A stretch of DNA of 63,848 nucleotides, the filler included, from an uncultured Methanoregulaceae archaeon (GTDB lineage Archaea; Halobacteriota; Methanomicrobia; Methanomicrobiales; Methanospirillaceae), in NCBI GenBank assembly GCA_964530035.1. It is 5 parts of 5 records of this genome, joined end to end, with 100 filler letters (N's around TTAATTAATTAA, not from the genome) between each part and the next. Parts side by side here need not be neighbours in the genome. Positions count along the whole stretch, not along the records: positions 40,816 to 54,003 come from CAZGXZ010000062.1; 4 more parts are not named here. One strand, written 5' to 3'. Position numbers and translations under genes: made by a program. Positions 40,948-51,689 of this stretch are shown here, one piece after another. Each line of letters starts with the position of its first letter. Within the stretch, counting starts at the first letter, position 1. Under the pieces are notes generated by a model that ran no database searches, had not been told where the DNA came from, and was given only the letters and a program-made list of their open reading frames with translations.

Positions 40948-43275
40948 CTAAACCCCACAAGACCTTTTTTTAACTGCAAGGGAAAACCCGGTCCCTTTTT
41001 CTTTGATTGCCAAAAAATTCATGTTCAGGGACCCTTTATGCATCACTGGTGAAATTGTCATTTTTTCCTGGACCGTGCCTCCCTTTTGCAGGTGATCCGG
41101 CATCGGATGGATGCCACCGGGAATATTTTCGGGGACCGTGTGCAATAAGGGGGAGTTTGCCTGAGTGACAACAACAGGAATGGTTACGGGCTGTCCGAAT
41201 GGCACATAAAACTCTCCACCCTGCTTGTCACGGGCGATAAACACCAGGCTGTATTTCAACCGGTATGATCCGGGTTCCCGGGGTGCGGTAAGGGAAAGAG
41301 AGCTTTTCCAATCTTGTTCTGGAAAAATGACCGTGTCTACGGGAATCAGGATTTCAGCGGGGCCGAACAGGGAGGCATCATCAAACCCCTTGATAAGGAC
41401 GGACGAAGAGGTCCATGAGGTCTTTCCGGTATTGTGGGCCCCGAATACAAGGGTAAGGAATTGCCCGGGAATGATCACCGCCGGGGCACCCGAAACGTTT
41501 ATTGTACCGTCATATGCGGGGTCGAGCGGTGTTTCCTGAATCACAGGCAACTGCTCCCAGGAAGGGTTTCCTGGCACCAGGGGTACGGGTTGAACCTGAG
41601 TGAGGGGATTTTTATCCCAGTTACCAGACCCGAGGAGGTATGGCGCATCACAGATACCATTCTGATCCAGGTCCTCACAGGTCTGTGAATACCCTCTACA
41701 TGATGGATCAGCCCAGTAGTTTCCTCCGAGGAGCGGTCCGCCGATGATGTTCGGACCCTCCTTCAAGGTAACGTTCCAGTCGGTAAACCTGTTCCCCTGG
41801 CCAAGGATGACATTATTCCTGTTATTGAAGTAGTTATTGAAAATCCAGCCATTATATGAATTGGAGAGGAAAATGCCGGAATTACTGTTGTCAATAAAAT
41901 AATTGTCATAGATGAGGTTGCCCGAATCATTGAGGACCTCCAGGCCAATACCATTCGCTTCGATCCTGTTGTTGCCGATGATATCAACGAGCGAGCCATT
42001 GATGAGAACTCCCTTCTGGTTGTGGTCTATCATGTTCGATACAATTCGTGCAATGTCTGAAGGATGGGTTTTGTTCTGGACACTGACCCCTGCAAGGCGG
42101 TTCCCGGTGATCCGGTTCCCGGAAATGAGGGCGGTATCGGAATATTCAAGGTATATACCATTGCCCTGGTTGTTGCTGACAGAGCAGCCGGTTATCACAT
42201 TATTATCAGCATTGATAAAAACCACGCCGTTATCCCGGTTATTTCGGACATCGCAGTTCTCAATGGTTGTTTCATCTGAATTAACAAGAACAATACCATT
42301 CATGTTGTTTTCTGCAGTGACGCCGCTGATGATGTTATCTATGATACCAGGTGCCGAATAGTCCATCAGGATGCCGGTATCCCAGTGTTCAAGGGTGAGG
42401 TTATAAATCTGTATGCCCATCGACAGTTTATCGACAAGGATCCCGCTTGACTGGGGAGTGTCCTTTCCCTTGAGGCCTTTACCCATCCCGTCAAGCACCA
42501 CCGATGAGGCATGGATCCAAACTGCGAAAGGGTTGTCAGTTTCAAATGATTGCCCGGAAAAATCAAGAAAATAACTGCCTGAAGTATTTATTTCCCAGTA
42601 CCGGCCTGAACCTGTTCCTGAAAGGTTTCCCTCGTTGAGTGGGGGGTCGATAAGTACGAGACCGGACGAATCATGTCCATTCTGGCCGGGTTCCTCTGGA
42701 GAAGAGTTCTGGACTGTGAACGTCACAGCAGGGATTTCCGGTTCAGGGGTGTTGCAGCAAAGGACTGTCTGGAGGGGGGAAGCAAGGCCTGATACGGGTT
42801 CTTCATACTCCGGTGCCACAGGAACACTGGCCGCAGTCACCGCCCCGGGAAGCGTCGGCGCGGTTTCACCAGTCGTGGTTTCCCCGTTGAATATTTCAAT
42901 TTCCGCCGCCTGGGACTCGCCGGGTGCCAGGTCCTGTTCTTGAAGACTTCCTTCCCGCATCAGGGCGTCGGCAGGGCTGCTATCGGGTGCATCTTCGCCC
43001 CCACTTTCTGGGAGTGCCTGTTGCTCCTCCAGGGATTCATCGTTCAGACCGGCCGGGCTGGGAAATAATCCCGTATCCTGAAGGGGACTGTCCGTTGGAA
43101 GGGTCATTGTTTGCTGGGCCATCATCAGCCCCGTGCTCTCTGAAGGAGTGAACCCAACCGGCTGCACAGTCTCATTAGGCTCGGCAAGCGAACCCAATGG
43201 GATCATCAGGACGAAAATAATGACCCCGGCCCAGATCGCCATCTCCACTTTGAATTGTAAAGACCGCTTCGTCAG
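40948..43275 (-). CDS. Exported NosD/CASH parallel beta-helix surface protein with acidic linker and Ig-like C-terminal domain; start uncertain
   Basis: Signal peptide, NN..GI.L repeats, IFNNYFNN, GPNIIGGP.LGGNYW, D.NGICD.PY, NTG.TSW. Confidence 0.85.
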   Translation of the reverse strand: MTKRSLQFKVEMAIWAGVIIFVLMIPLGSLAEPNETVQPVGFTPSESTGLMMAQQTMTLPTDSPLQDTGLFPSPAGLNDESLEEQQALPESGGEDAPDSSPADALMREGSLQEQDLAPGESQAAEIEIFNGETTTGETAPTLPGAVTAASVPVAPEYEEPVSGLASPLQTVLCCNTPEPEIPAVTFTVQNSSPEEPGQNGHDSSGLVLIDPPLNEGNLSGTGSGRYWEINTSGSYFLDFSGQSFETDNPFAVWIHASSVVLDGMGKGLKGKDTPQSSGILVDKLSMGIQIYNLTLEHWDTGILMDYSAPGIIDNIISGVTAENNMNGIVLVNSDETTIENCDVRNNRDNGVVFINADNNVITGCSVSNNQGNGIYLEYSDTALISGNRITGNRLAGVSVQNKTHPSDIARIVSNMIDHNQKGVLINGSLVDIIGNNRIEANGIGLEVLNDSGNLIYDNYFIDNSNSGIFLSNSYNGWIFNNYFNNRNNVILGQGNRFTDWNVTLKEGPNIIGGPLLGGNYWADPSCRGYSQTCEDLDQNGICDAPYLLGSGNWDKNPLTQVQPVPLVPGNPSWEQLPVIQETPLDPAYDGTINVSGAPAVIIPGQFLTLVFGAHNTGKTSWTSSSVLIKGFDDASLFGPAEILIPVDTVIFPEQDWKSSLSLTAPREPGSYRLKYSLVFIARDKQGGEFYVPFGQPVTIPVVVTQANSPLLHTVPENIPGGIHPMPDHLQKGGTVQEKMTISPVMHKGSLNMNFLAIKEKGTGFSLAVKKRSCGV

Positions 43276-43579
43276 GGAATCACCTCCAGAGCCCAGGTTC
43301 ATCATCCAATCCTGACTTGTACATGTTGACTGTCTTAATGACCGATCACGCTTGGCTGCGGATGCAGGACCTCGCCTTACCCCCGTGAAGGAACGGGAAC
43401 CCGGATGAAGATAAGCGGCGATACCGGATTGAGGCCGGATTGTCAGGCAATCCTCCTGCTGCCAGGAAAGCCGGTGTGGTACAGACACGACCCCTTTCCC
43501 GGACGGTCAAGGCAATTATAACATGAGAAACCTTTTGTGGTAAGACTCCTGTTTGTATCATGAAATCACCGAGGTATGT

Positions 43580-44062
43580 ATGGACCATATTCATCGTTTC
43601 ATCTGTATTGCCTGTATTGTCCTCATGGCAACCGCGGTTGTCCTCCCGGTATCCGGCGCACTCAGGTTCCCGGTAACACCCTTACAAGGGAATCAGCTCC
43701 CGTCTCCGACCCCTTCAGCGAGTCCTGGCACGTGGGAGTCCCAGCCAGTAAACACGGTACATTTCTGGATCTGGACCTCTGACGGGGAATTCGCGGTAGC
43801 CCGGGCAGGCATTTACACGATCGGGAAAAGCGGGTCGAAAGTATTCATCGGCCAGGCCGACCAGAATGGCTATCTTGCGGCAAGACTGCCTGTTGGCACG
43901 ACACGTGTCCAGGTTGACTCACCGGTTTATTCGAGAAATGGAAAGAGCTGGTATTATTCCGGGACATCTGATGTCAAGGTTCTTTCAGGAAACACTACGG
44001 CGGAGATCCGTCTCAAGCAGAAACACACCATCAGTCCCCCACCAACGGTCCCGAAATCCTGA
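43580..44062 (+). CDS. Exported hypothetical protein
   Basis: GAGGT SD, signal peptide (VVLPVSGA), G.AD.NGY beta-sandwich-like segment. Confidence 0.7.
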   Translation: MDHIHRFICIACIVLMATAVVLPVSGALRFPVTPLQGNQLPSPTPSASPGTWESQPVNTVHFWIWTSDGEFAVARAGIYTIGKSGSKVFIGQADQNGYLAARLPVGTTRVQVDSPVYSRNGKSWYYSGTSDVKVLSGNTTAEIRLKQKHTISPPPTVPKS

Positions 44063-44527
44063 TAGGACGAACCGGAGTAAATCTACCGGAACAAGGGAGG
44101 TTATCCCTCGTGTTCTGCCGGTTCTCCCTATTGGCTCTCACACTCTTTTCAGGGCATGCGTTTTCATTGAGTCCAAGGTAGTGCTATTCCTGGTTTTCCA
44201 CCTTGCTCAACCTTGTTATCCTCCCTTTTCGCTGTGTTCCGGACGGGAGACAGACCCGGTCTGAATGAACCGGGAAGCGCGCTGACCGGGCTGATTGCGA
44301 TATTGACTTAAATAGGGTTTAGCGGTATTTTCAAGGTCTTTCCTGGTTTTTTATTAACCCCCTGTGGAGGGACCACCCTTTCTTCATCATGCTGTCTGCA
44401 TGATGGAAAACTACCTGATTTTAGGAGGTCTCCGCAAATGAATCTCCATTATAACTCGATACCAGTCCGCGATATCTGACGTTTGAGGAGAAGCATGGGT
44501 ATAGTGGATTACCAAGCACGTATACAG

Positions 44528-44983
44528 ATGAATGGCACGAAATCTCTGGCAGGAGCCGCTATTTTTGTTATAGCCGCGCTTCTCGTATCGTCAGCAGCTG
44601 CAGTGGTTTCCTATGGGAGCCTTTCGGTGAATTCGACCCCCGGCTATGCAACCGTAACCCTTGATGGAAAGGCGGCCGGCCTGACTCCTCTCTTCATCAG
44701 CAACCTCACCGCCGCCAAGCACACGGTCCTTATCAGCAAGGAGGGATACAAACAGGTGAAGAACACCGTTGTCATCAAGGCGAACAAGACGCAGTTCCTG
44801 AACACAACCCTTGTCAAGGTCAGGCCAACCAAGACCCCTACAGTAAAGCCCACCAAGACCCAGACCGTTCAGCCCACTAAAACCGCGATGGTCACGCCGA
44901 CCAAGACGGTGACGCCCAACAACATGACTACGATGTTCCCGACGGCAACCCCGGCGGTCGTCAACAGTACCATTGTCGTGTAG
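44528..44983 (+). CDS. Exported PEGA-domain protein with Pro/Thr tail
   Basis: GSLSVNSTP.YATVTLDG..AG.TP...HTVLISKEGY; PTKT repeats. Confidence 0.88.
   Translation: MNGTKSLAGAAIFVIAALLVSSAAAVVSYGSLSVNSTPGYATVTLDGKAAGLTPLFISNLTAAKHTVLISKEGYKQVKNTVVIKANKTQFLNTTLVKVRPTKTPTVKPTKTQTVQPTKTAMVTPTKTVTPNNMTTMFPTATPAVVNSTIVV
44825..44917 (+). repeat. 24-nt imperfect coding tandem repeat (PTKTxxVx, about 4 copies)
   Basis: PTKTPTVK PTKTQTVQ PTKTAMVT PTKTVTP. Confidence 0.75.
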
Positions 44984-45175
44984 GTCTCAACAATCCAGAA
45001 CCGGAGGGAGGCGACTGGTTTTTGAGTTCACTGAAGAATCCGTTTCTTTTCTGACCCGGTTCTCACCTGGTCATTTTCTCTTTTTTATAAGGTGGGCCCG
45101 GACCTGATAAGTCCGGTGACACTGATGGTAATCAGACCGGTTATCCTATCCGGCAACGCTAATCCATTCAACTGG

Positions 45176-46543
45176 TCAGGGTTGTCGCATTGAATCCCTG
45201 ATGAACTGTCTGGCGAACAGGTCGGAAAAATAGGCATGGGTGTAGGTGCCGATGGTCCGGTGAACGTGCAGGCCGTCCCATCCGTCCCATATCCCCTTTC
45301 CCCGGTTCAGCCTGATCCCAAACCTGGCATCCCTCGCCGGTTCAACACGGGAGTAGTGAAACTCGTGGCCCCTGACATGGATGCCTGAGTACGGGGCGCT
45401 GTCTGGCTGGAAAACCCCTTCGGTGTAGCCGAGTGCCTGGACCCTTCCACTCATGGAGGTTGTTGCGGGAAGGACTCCTGACATCGGGACGGACTGTTCA
45501 TCCCTCATCGTCAGTTCCTCGGTCATGAAGATGAGCCCGCCACATTCAGCAAGGACAGGACTCCCCCTGTCTGCGAACGTGCGGACCTCCTTGCAGGAAC
45601 TGGCGGTTGACAAAGCAGCTGCATGGAGTTCCGGGTATCCTCCACCAAAATACAGAGCATCGGCCTCTGGTAGTCTGTCATGCAACGGACTCCAGAATAT
45701 CAGTTTCGCCCCTGCCTGGCGCAACCGGTCGAGGTTGTCCTGGTAGTAAAAGCAGAACGCTTCGTCCATGGCGATACCTATGCAGGTCGTTTCGGGAAAC
45801 GACTCCCTGTCAGCGGAACATCCGGCCAGTGGAGGAGCAGACGCCGCGCAGTCAAGGATGGCATCGATATCACAGAACTCTTCGATGAGCGGGGCAAGAT
45901 CCGGGTCATCGGATGACTCGAACGCCATCCGGAGACCCAGGTGGCGGCTTGCCACTTCGAATTCGTCCCTCCTCATTATCCATCCAAAAACCGGGACCTC
46001 GGTCCCCCTCTCGAGCAGCATTTTATGGCGCAGGCTCCCGATCCTGTTGAATACAACCCCTCGTAATGGAAAATGTGAGTCATACCCGGAATACCCCCTG
46101 ATGACCGCATGTGCCGACCGTGCCATACCCCTGACATCCACAACAAGGATCGCAGGGGCATCAAGGAGTGATGCTACATGGGCAGTGCTTGCAAAGAGTG
46201 ACCCATCAAGGCCGTCATAGGTTCCCATCACCCCTTCGATGACTGCAATGTCCGCTCCGGCAGACTGGCGCATGAAGGTATCCACCACCCCCTCCTCTCC
46301 CATAAGGAATGGGTCGAGGTTGCGGGACGCCCTGCCGCAAATCCTGGTATGGTGGGTCGGATCAATGAAGTCAGGGCCGACCTTGAATGGCTGGACCACC
46401 AGGCCCCGCCTGACAAGGGCCTGCATGATCCCCCGGGCAACGGTTGTCTTGCCGCATCCGCTGTGCGTCCCTGCAACAAGGATCCTGGGGATATGGTGTC
46501 TGTTGAGGTCTTCGGATTGAGCAGTCGCCGCGATCATGTCCAA
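45176..46543 (-). CDS. Cobyrinate a,c-diamide synthase family (CbiA/CobB; CfbB not excluded)
   Basis: SGCGKTT, FKVGPDFIDP, IEGVMG, SRHLGL, AFCFYY, GGGYPE, AECGG, GHEFHYS. Confidence 0.9.
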   Translation of the reverse strand: MDMIAATAQSEDLNRHHIPRILVAGTHSGCGKTTVARGIMQALVRRGLVVQPFKVGPDFIDPTHHTRICGRASRNLDPFLMGEEGVVDTFMRQSAGADIAVIEGVMGTYDGLDGSLFASTAHVASLLDAPAILVVDVRGMARSAHAVIRGYSGYDSHFPLRGVVFNRIGSLRHKMLLERGTEVPVFGWIMRRDEFEVASRHLGLRMAFESSDDPDLAPLIEEFCDIDAILDCAASAPPLAGCSADRESFPETTCIGIAMDEAFCFYYQDNLDRLRQAGAKLIFWSPLHDRLPEADALYFGGGYPELHAAALSTASSCKEVRTFADRGSPVLAECGGLIFMTEELTMRDEQSVPMSGVLPATTSMSGRVQALGYTEGVFQPDSAPYSGIHVRGHEFHYSRVEPARDARFGIRLNRGKGIWDGWDGLHVHRTIGTYTHAYFSDLFARQFIRDSMRQP

Positions 46544-46680
46544 CTCCGTGTTGTGTCTTTCAGTTCAAACGCTTCCAGCGATATCGATCCCGGGACGGGA
46601 ATGCAGGCCCCGGGTCCCGTGGAGATGATACAACGTGAAACTGTTTATTCAGCGGATGTATGAATATAACCGTCCCAGGG

Positions 46681-49110
46681 CTACATTCCAAAATCGAACA
46701 GGGTCGTCCTGGAGGGGTCGACATCAGCCCAATGCCAGCCCAGTCCCTCCAGGATCCGGGAAATGGGTTGCCGTATAGTCTTTTCGAGCATCGTCTCCCT
46801 GTCCACCACAAACTCAGGAGGGACCTGGTCGGGATACTCGAAGCATATCACGTCAGTTTTTGGGTATTTAGCAGTGACATTCTTTATATAGACCCTTTTT
46901 GGCTTCGACCCCTTGGCAAACTCCATCCCGAGGTACTTGTTCGCGTACTTGGCTCCCCTGACATGGGCATCGTCATTTTCATAGTCATCCAACTGCTTTC
47001 CTATGCCACCCGGGATCCCGATCTCCTCAAGGGAGTACTCACCGGCACGGTACCTCCGGATGACCTCGCCAAGGTATTTTTTTACGGATTCGTACTGCTC
47101 TCCCCTGAGGACCATGTCCATCACCGTACGTTGTACATCCCGTGTGATCAGGGGTGAGTCCGACCGTCTCAGCTCAAACCCTATGACATCGATCTGGTCG
47201 GTATTTTTACCCTCTTTCCAGATAAGATGCCCGGCGTACCTCTTCTTCCTCCCTGCCTGGAAGAACCGGTGATAGACCTTTTCAAACTTGATGGAGAAGT
47301 AATGTGTATCAGCGTTGAGAACTTTTTTTGCAAAACCGGAATAACTCTCGTTAACGGCCGCTTCAATGGTCCTCGCTGTTTCGATGGTATCCCCGAGATC
47401 CATCCGGGGGAGCTGGACCATGCAGGAATCAGTATCTCCATAGATTACCTGGTAGCCCTTTCCCTCAATGATGCCTCTCGTATGATCAATGATAGCCCTC
47501 CCGACCGAGGTCACAGCAGCCCCGATCTCACGGTCGTAGAGCCTGAACCGGGCATACCCACTCACGCCATAGTAAGTATTCATGATGATCTTGATGACAT
47601 TCTGCTGGATGTCATAGAGCTTGTACTCAGGGGATCCGAACGGGTATTCATTCCTGCGTTTTTTCTTTGCACTCCGCTCATCCAGCAGCTCCGAGATTAT
47701 GCTGCGGGTCAGTCCGTCCGGCTCCTTCCTGAATCTGATGCCATTCGGCGCCCGCAACTCTCCGTCCGGTGACTTGGTCTCCGGGGAGGCGTTGATCGTC
47801 ATCATGGCCATGGGATAGAGCGAGGTGAGGTCAAGGACCACGACATTCTCCTTTATTCCACTGCTTGGTTCGAAGACGGTCGCACCTTCAAACTCATCTC
47901 CGGCCGCAAAGCCTTTCGATGGCAGGACATACGTACCAAATGCTTTCCGGAGGATGTAGATGTCAATGATGTTCGACGAGTTTAATGTCCTTTCAAGGGG
48001 CATCCCGACATACCGGGCGATTTCTTCGTAAAAATCGATGATGCTGTTTTTTTGGTTGATTCTGACGCAGAGCTCGACATCCTTGTAGTTGTATCCGACA
48101 AGCTGGCCAGGGTGTTCACGAAGGAGGTCAACAAGGAGCCCCGTGTACCTGAACTTTGTTTCGCCGAGTTCGGATTCGGCGATAGCGTCGAGGCGATACG
48201 ACTCTCTCTGTGCTCCCTGCATTTTTTTATACCCTGCGAGGAGGTCGAACACGGTCCGGCCCCGGGCCGAAGTGCGTTCGGTAGCACCGGGAAGACGAGC
48301 GAGGACCTGGGTATCAAGTCTTTGCACCTGGAGCCTCCCGATGATATAGGGAATATCGAACTCTGCGATATTCCAGCCTGAAAAAATATCGGGATCCTTT
48401 TCCCGGATATACTCTCCAAATGCGCGGAGCAGGGCACGCTCATCAGGACAGGGCAGGACTACATGATGCCTTTCTGAAAAACAGCCCTCCGGCAGCCCCT
48501 TCTCTGAACGGCACCTCTGGATCAGATCCTCCTGGCCGTTTGAAAGGATAAATGTGGTATACTGGTCGTCATACGAGTCCCAGCAGGTAATGCATATAAT
48601 CGCATCCCGGTCGGACTGGGGAAATCCCCTCATATCCTCGCATTCGATATCCACCATGCAGATACGGGACCGGGCGTCCACGGAACATGGTGTCAGGGCT
48701 TCAAAGGAGACGTATTTTCCGTGCGACGAGACTCCTCCCCGGATGTCCCTGTCAATCATGAACCTGGACGCAAACGGGATATCCGCTTCGTAATGGTGGT
48801 ACCGGTCGCGTATTTCACGTACGTCGGTTGGGCGCAGGGTATAGAGACGGACAAGCGGTTCCCCCTTGATAGAACGGTATTTTCGTCCCTGTTCAACCGT
48901 GACAAAGGGGGGATGCTCCATCCTTTCTGCCTCGCCATCAGGGATATAAAAGTACGGCCGGTACCCTGTGATTTCAAGGTGGTGCGCCATTCCTGAAGGG
49001 TCCCTGCCAAAAATATGGATTATCGGGCCCGATGGAGAATTCGAGTACTCTACCTGGGTAATGGCGATGGAGACATCCCCCGGTCCTGCCCCGGTATCCG
49101 TCATATTCAT
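46681..49110 (-). CDS. polB: Family B DNA polymerase
   Basis: Exo motifs DIE, GWN..EFDIPYI, YN.KD; DLTSLYP, KIIMNTYYG, YGDTDS, KKRYAG; C-terminal PIP-like RTTLFDF. Confidence 0.96.
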   Translation of the reverse strand: MNMTDTGAGPGDVSIAITQVEYSNSPSGPIIHIFGRDPSGMAHHLEITGYRPYFYIPDGEAERMEHPPFVTVEQGRKYRSIKGEPLVRLYTLRPTDVREIRDRYHHYEADIPFASRFMIDRDIRGGVSSHGKYVSFEALTPCSVDARSRICMVDIECEDMRGFPQSDRDAIICITCWDSYDDQYTTFILSNGQEDLIQRCRSEKGLPEGCFSERHHVVLPCPDERALLRAFGEYIREKDPDIFSGWNIAEFDIPYIIGRLQVQRLDTQVLARLPGATERTSARGRTVFDLLAGYKKMQGAQRESYRLDAIAESELGETKFRYTGLLVDLLREHPGQLVGYNYKDVELCVRINQKNSIIDFYEEIARYVGMPLERTLNSSNIIDIYILRKAFGTYVLPSKGFAAGDEFEGATVFEPSSGIKENVVVLDLTSLYPMAMMTINASPETKSPDGELRAPNGIRFRKEPDGLTRSIISELLDERSAKKKRRNEYPFGSPEYKLYDIQQNVIKIIMNTYYGVSGYARFRLYDREIGAAVTSVGRAIIDHTRGIIEGKGYQVIYGDTDSCMVQLPRMDLGDTIETARTIEAAVNESYSGFAKKVLNADTHYFSIKFEKVYHRFFQAGRKKRYAGHLIWKEGKNTDQIDVIGFELRRSDSPLITRDVQRTVMDMVLRGEQYESVKKYLGEVIRRYRAGEYSLEEIGIPGGIGKQLDDYENDDAHVRGAKYANKYLGMEFAKGSKPKRVYIKNVTAKYPKTDVICFEYPDQVPPEFVVDRETMLEKTIRQPISRILEGLGWHWADVDPSRTTLFDFGM

Positions 49111-49979
49111 GAGAGATCGAGTGATCTTGTCATCGAACTCACGAACGTCCCGGTTTCTGACATTTTTTCGCGTTCCCAGGCGTCGAGGTCCCACTCTTCG
49201 ATACCGAGGACCCCCTCGCGACCTATCCTGGCCGGGACACCTATGGAACAGTCATTGATGCCATATTCTCCGGAGAGGATACAGGAGCAGGGGAGAACCT
49301 TTTTCCGGTCATTCACAACCGTATCGATCAGGGATGCAATATGCCAGCCGGGACCGAACACCGTTCCGCCCTTGCCTGATATCACTTCCATGCTTGCATT
49401 GCGGAGGCCTGCAAGAATTGATTCCCGGTTTGCGTTCGATACTGCTGGATTACACCGTGAGAATACCGGGACCTGGTATTCGCCGTGCTCACCCAGGACA
49501 TGGGCGTCGCCGGGTATCAACCTGTTTTTTATGAGGGCAAGGCTGAAGCGTGCGCTGTCCAGTTGCCCGCCGAATCCCAGGCAGTGTTCTTTTGGCAGAT
49601 TCGCCTTTTTATGAAGATAATAGTTGTTCAGGTCCATCGGGTTTGTGACAGTTATGAGGATCCCGTTGAAACGGGTCAGGACCTTAGTGCACAACTCTGC
49701 GACAGCCTTGTTTGCCTCGAGGAGGTCTGCCCGTGTCTTGATGGAAGGGTTCCTGGGGGTACCCGCTGTGAAGACGCAGATATCTGCCTCCCTTACGGTT
49801 TTGATCTCGGTATCCACCTCGATTGGCAGGCCGGTATGGAGGAGGTCAAGTGCCTGTGCGCGGAGCAGGGCGGGGACGTTGTCATATATCGTCAGTGAAT
49901 CGGCGAGACCAAGGCAGGCAGAAAGGAATGCCACCTCCCCACCTACCTTTCCCGTCCCGATTACCGCAAGGCGTGTCAT
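49107..49979 (-). CDS. mdh: Malate/lactate dehydrogenase family
   Basis: GTGKVG, TAG.PR...TRADLL..N, TNPMD, LDSARF, LGEHG, KGGT.FGP. Confidence 0.9.
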   Translation of the reverse strand: MTRLAVIGTGKVGGEVAFLSACLGLADSLTIYDNVPALLRAQALDLLHTGLPIEVDTEIKTVREADICVFTAGTPRNPSIKTRADLLEANKAVAELCTKVLTRFNGILITVTNPMDLNNYYLHKKANLPKEHCLGFGGQLDSARFSLALIKNRLIPGDAHVLGEHGEYQVPVFSRCNPAVSNANRESILAGLRNASMEVISGKGGTVFGPGWHIASLIDTVVNDRKKVLPCSCILSGEYGINDCSIGVPARIGREGVLGIEEWDLDAWEREKMSETGTFVSSMTRSLDLS

Positions 49980-50038
49980 ACCTTACGGGTGGTACCGCGA
50001 GGCATAAATACATACAAGAACTGATGAGTTCTGCTTAT

Positions 50039-50929
50039 ATGCTCCTGCTGAACAAAGCAAACCCGGACGTAGGCGGCGTCAGGCTGAACAACCACCTTGT
50101 CCTTGCAGCAGGGGTACTCGGGACGACGGGGGCATCTCTTTCCCGGATGCTCGCCAGGGGGGCAGGAGGGGTTGTTACCAAGTCCATTGGCCCGGTTCCC
50201 AGGGAAGGACACCCGGGGCCGTGCCTTGTCCCGCTTGAAGGCGGCCTCCTGAATGCCATGGGACTCCCGAACCCCTCGCGTGAATTTGCTGGTGAGCTTC
50301 GTTTCATCACGGGAGGACCTGTCATAGTCAGCGTTTTCGGAGGTACTGCTGAAGAATTCGGAACAGTGGCCTCATGGTTCACGGACCGTGCCGACGCCTT
50401 CGAGCTAAACCTTTCATGCCCCCATGCGGAAGGGTATGGGGCGGCTATCGGTACAGACCCGGAACTGGTGGAGGAATGCACGCGGACGGTCGCACGTCAT
50501 GGCCTGCCCGTGTGGGTCAAGCTCACACCCAATGTCACCGACATAACGGTTATCGGGAGAGCCGCAGAGAAAGGAGGAGCGGACGCTCTTGTCGCCGTCA
50601 ATACTGTCAGGGCCATGAGAATATCCACTGAGCTCCGGCGGCCGGTCCTGGGCAACCGGTATGGTGGCCTGTCGGGGAGGATGGTATTCCCGATAGCAGT
50701 CCGGTGCGTGTATGAACTCTATGATGCGTGCCGCGTTCCGATCGTCGGGTGCGGTGGTGTTTCATCCGCTTCGGACGTTGTTGAAATGATGCTTGCCGGG
50801 GCTTCCGCGGTCCAGATTGGTTCGGCGGTCTACGAGGACGACGGGGTATTTGCCCGGATAAGCTCAGGACTCTATGTCGATGACGGGATTGATCCCCGCG
50901 AGATCATCGGGGGCGCCCATGGGAGATAA
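50039..50929 (+). CDS. pyrD: Dihydroorotate dehydrogenase B, catalytic subunit
   Basis: VVTKS, LNAMGLPNP, ELNLSCPH, VKLTPN, NT, GGLSG, GCGGV. Confidence 0.95.
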   Translation: MLLLNKANPDVGGVRLNNHLVLAAGVLGTTGASLSRMLARGAGGVVTKSIGPVPREGHPGPCLVPLEGGLLNAMGLPNPSREFAGELRFITGGPVIVSVFGGTAEEFGTVASWFTDRADAFELNLSCPHAEGYGAAIGTDPELVEECTRTVARHGLPVWVKLTPNVTDITVIGRAAEKGGADALVAVNTVRAMRISTELRRPVLGNRYGGLSGRMVFPIAVRCVYELYDACRVPIVGCGGVSSASDVVEMMLAGASAVQIGSAVYEDDGVFARISSGLYVDDGIDPREIIGGAHGR

Positions 50930-51689
50930 CCTGCCTGCTGTTGCAACGGTCACGAGGGTCAGGCGGCTGACCCCTTCCTCGTGTCACATCAGGTTCGACT
51001 TGGGCCTGTCATTCCGTCCCGGCCAGTTCGTCATGGTGTGGGTACCAGGGAGTGATGAGGTGCCGATGGCGCTCGTCGAGACGAAAGGCATCATCGTTCA
51101 GGAAGTGGGAGATACAACAAGAACATTGTGCGAAATGTCGCCAGGTTCCCGCATCGGGATACGGGGACCATTCGGAAATGGGTTTCCTTCATGCAGCAAC
51201 GTGCTGGCGGTTGCTGGAGGGGTCGGGGTGGCACCGCTGCTTTCAGTTACCGGAAACGGGTCAGTTTCCCGGTTCCTGCTTGGGGCACGGACAGGCAGCG
51301 AGATTATTGGTGGCAGGTATATCCTTTCAAAGACTGACCTCCAGATAGCCACCGATGACGGTTCCCGGGGCCTGCACGGCACAGTGGTCGATCTTGTCAG
51401 AAAGGAGGACCTTCGCCGGTATGACGCGGTCTTTGTATGCGGTCCTGAGCTCATGATGTCAGCGGTCCTGCGGGTCCTGAAGGAACGGGAGTGCCTGGAG
51501 AAGGGGTGGTTTTCCGTTCACCGGTACATGAAGTGCGGGGTCGGTGTCTGCGGGTCCTGCTGCATGGATCCCGGTGGAGAACGTGTCTGCCGGGACGGTC
51601 CTGTTTTTTCAGGAATGGTCCTTGTCAGCAGTGAACTCGGGAGGCACATCCGCGACGCATCAGGTAGAAAAAGGGTTTATAAGGTTTAA
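50919..51689 (+). CDS. pyrK: Dihydroorotate dehydrogenase electron-transfer subunit
   Basis: PGQFVMVW, RGPFGNGF, AGGVGVAP, TDDGS, CGPE.MM, MKCG.G.CGSC...VCRDGPVF. Confidence 0.95.
   Translation: MGDNLPAVATVTRVRRLTPSSCHIRFDLGLSFRPGQFVMVWVPGSDEVPMALVETKGIIVQEVGDTTRTLCEMSPGSRIGIRGPFGNGFPSCSNVLAVAGGVGVAPLLSVTGNGSVSRFLLGARTGSEIIGGRYILSKTDLQIATDDGSRGLHGTVVDLVRKEDLRRYDAVFVCGPELMMSAVLRVLKERECLEKGWFSVHRYMKCGVGVCGSCCMDPGGERVCRDGPVFSGMVLVSSELGRHIRDASGRKRVYKV

Noticed and set aside
46544..46680. Possible cobalamin riboswitch upstream of the cbiA-like gene
   Set aside because: The region is short and shows only a generic GC hairpin; no B12-box consensus was recognised.
46681..49110. PolB as a casposon/viral polymerase or intein carrier
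   Set aside because: It has normal cellular length and motifs, overlaps mdh in a housekeeping context, and shows no intein-sized insertion.
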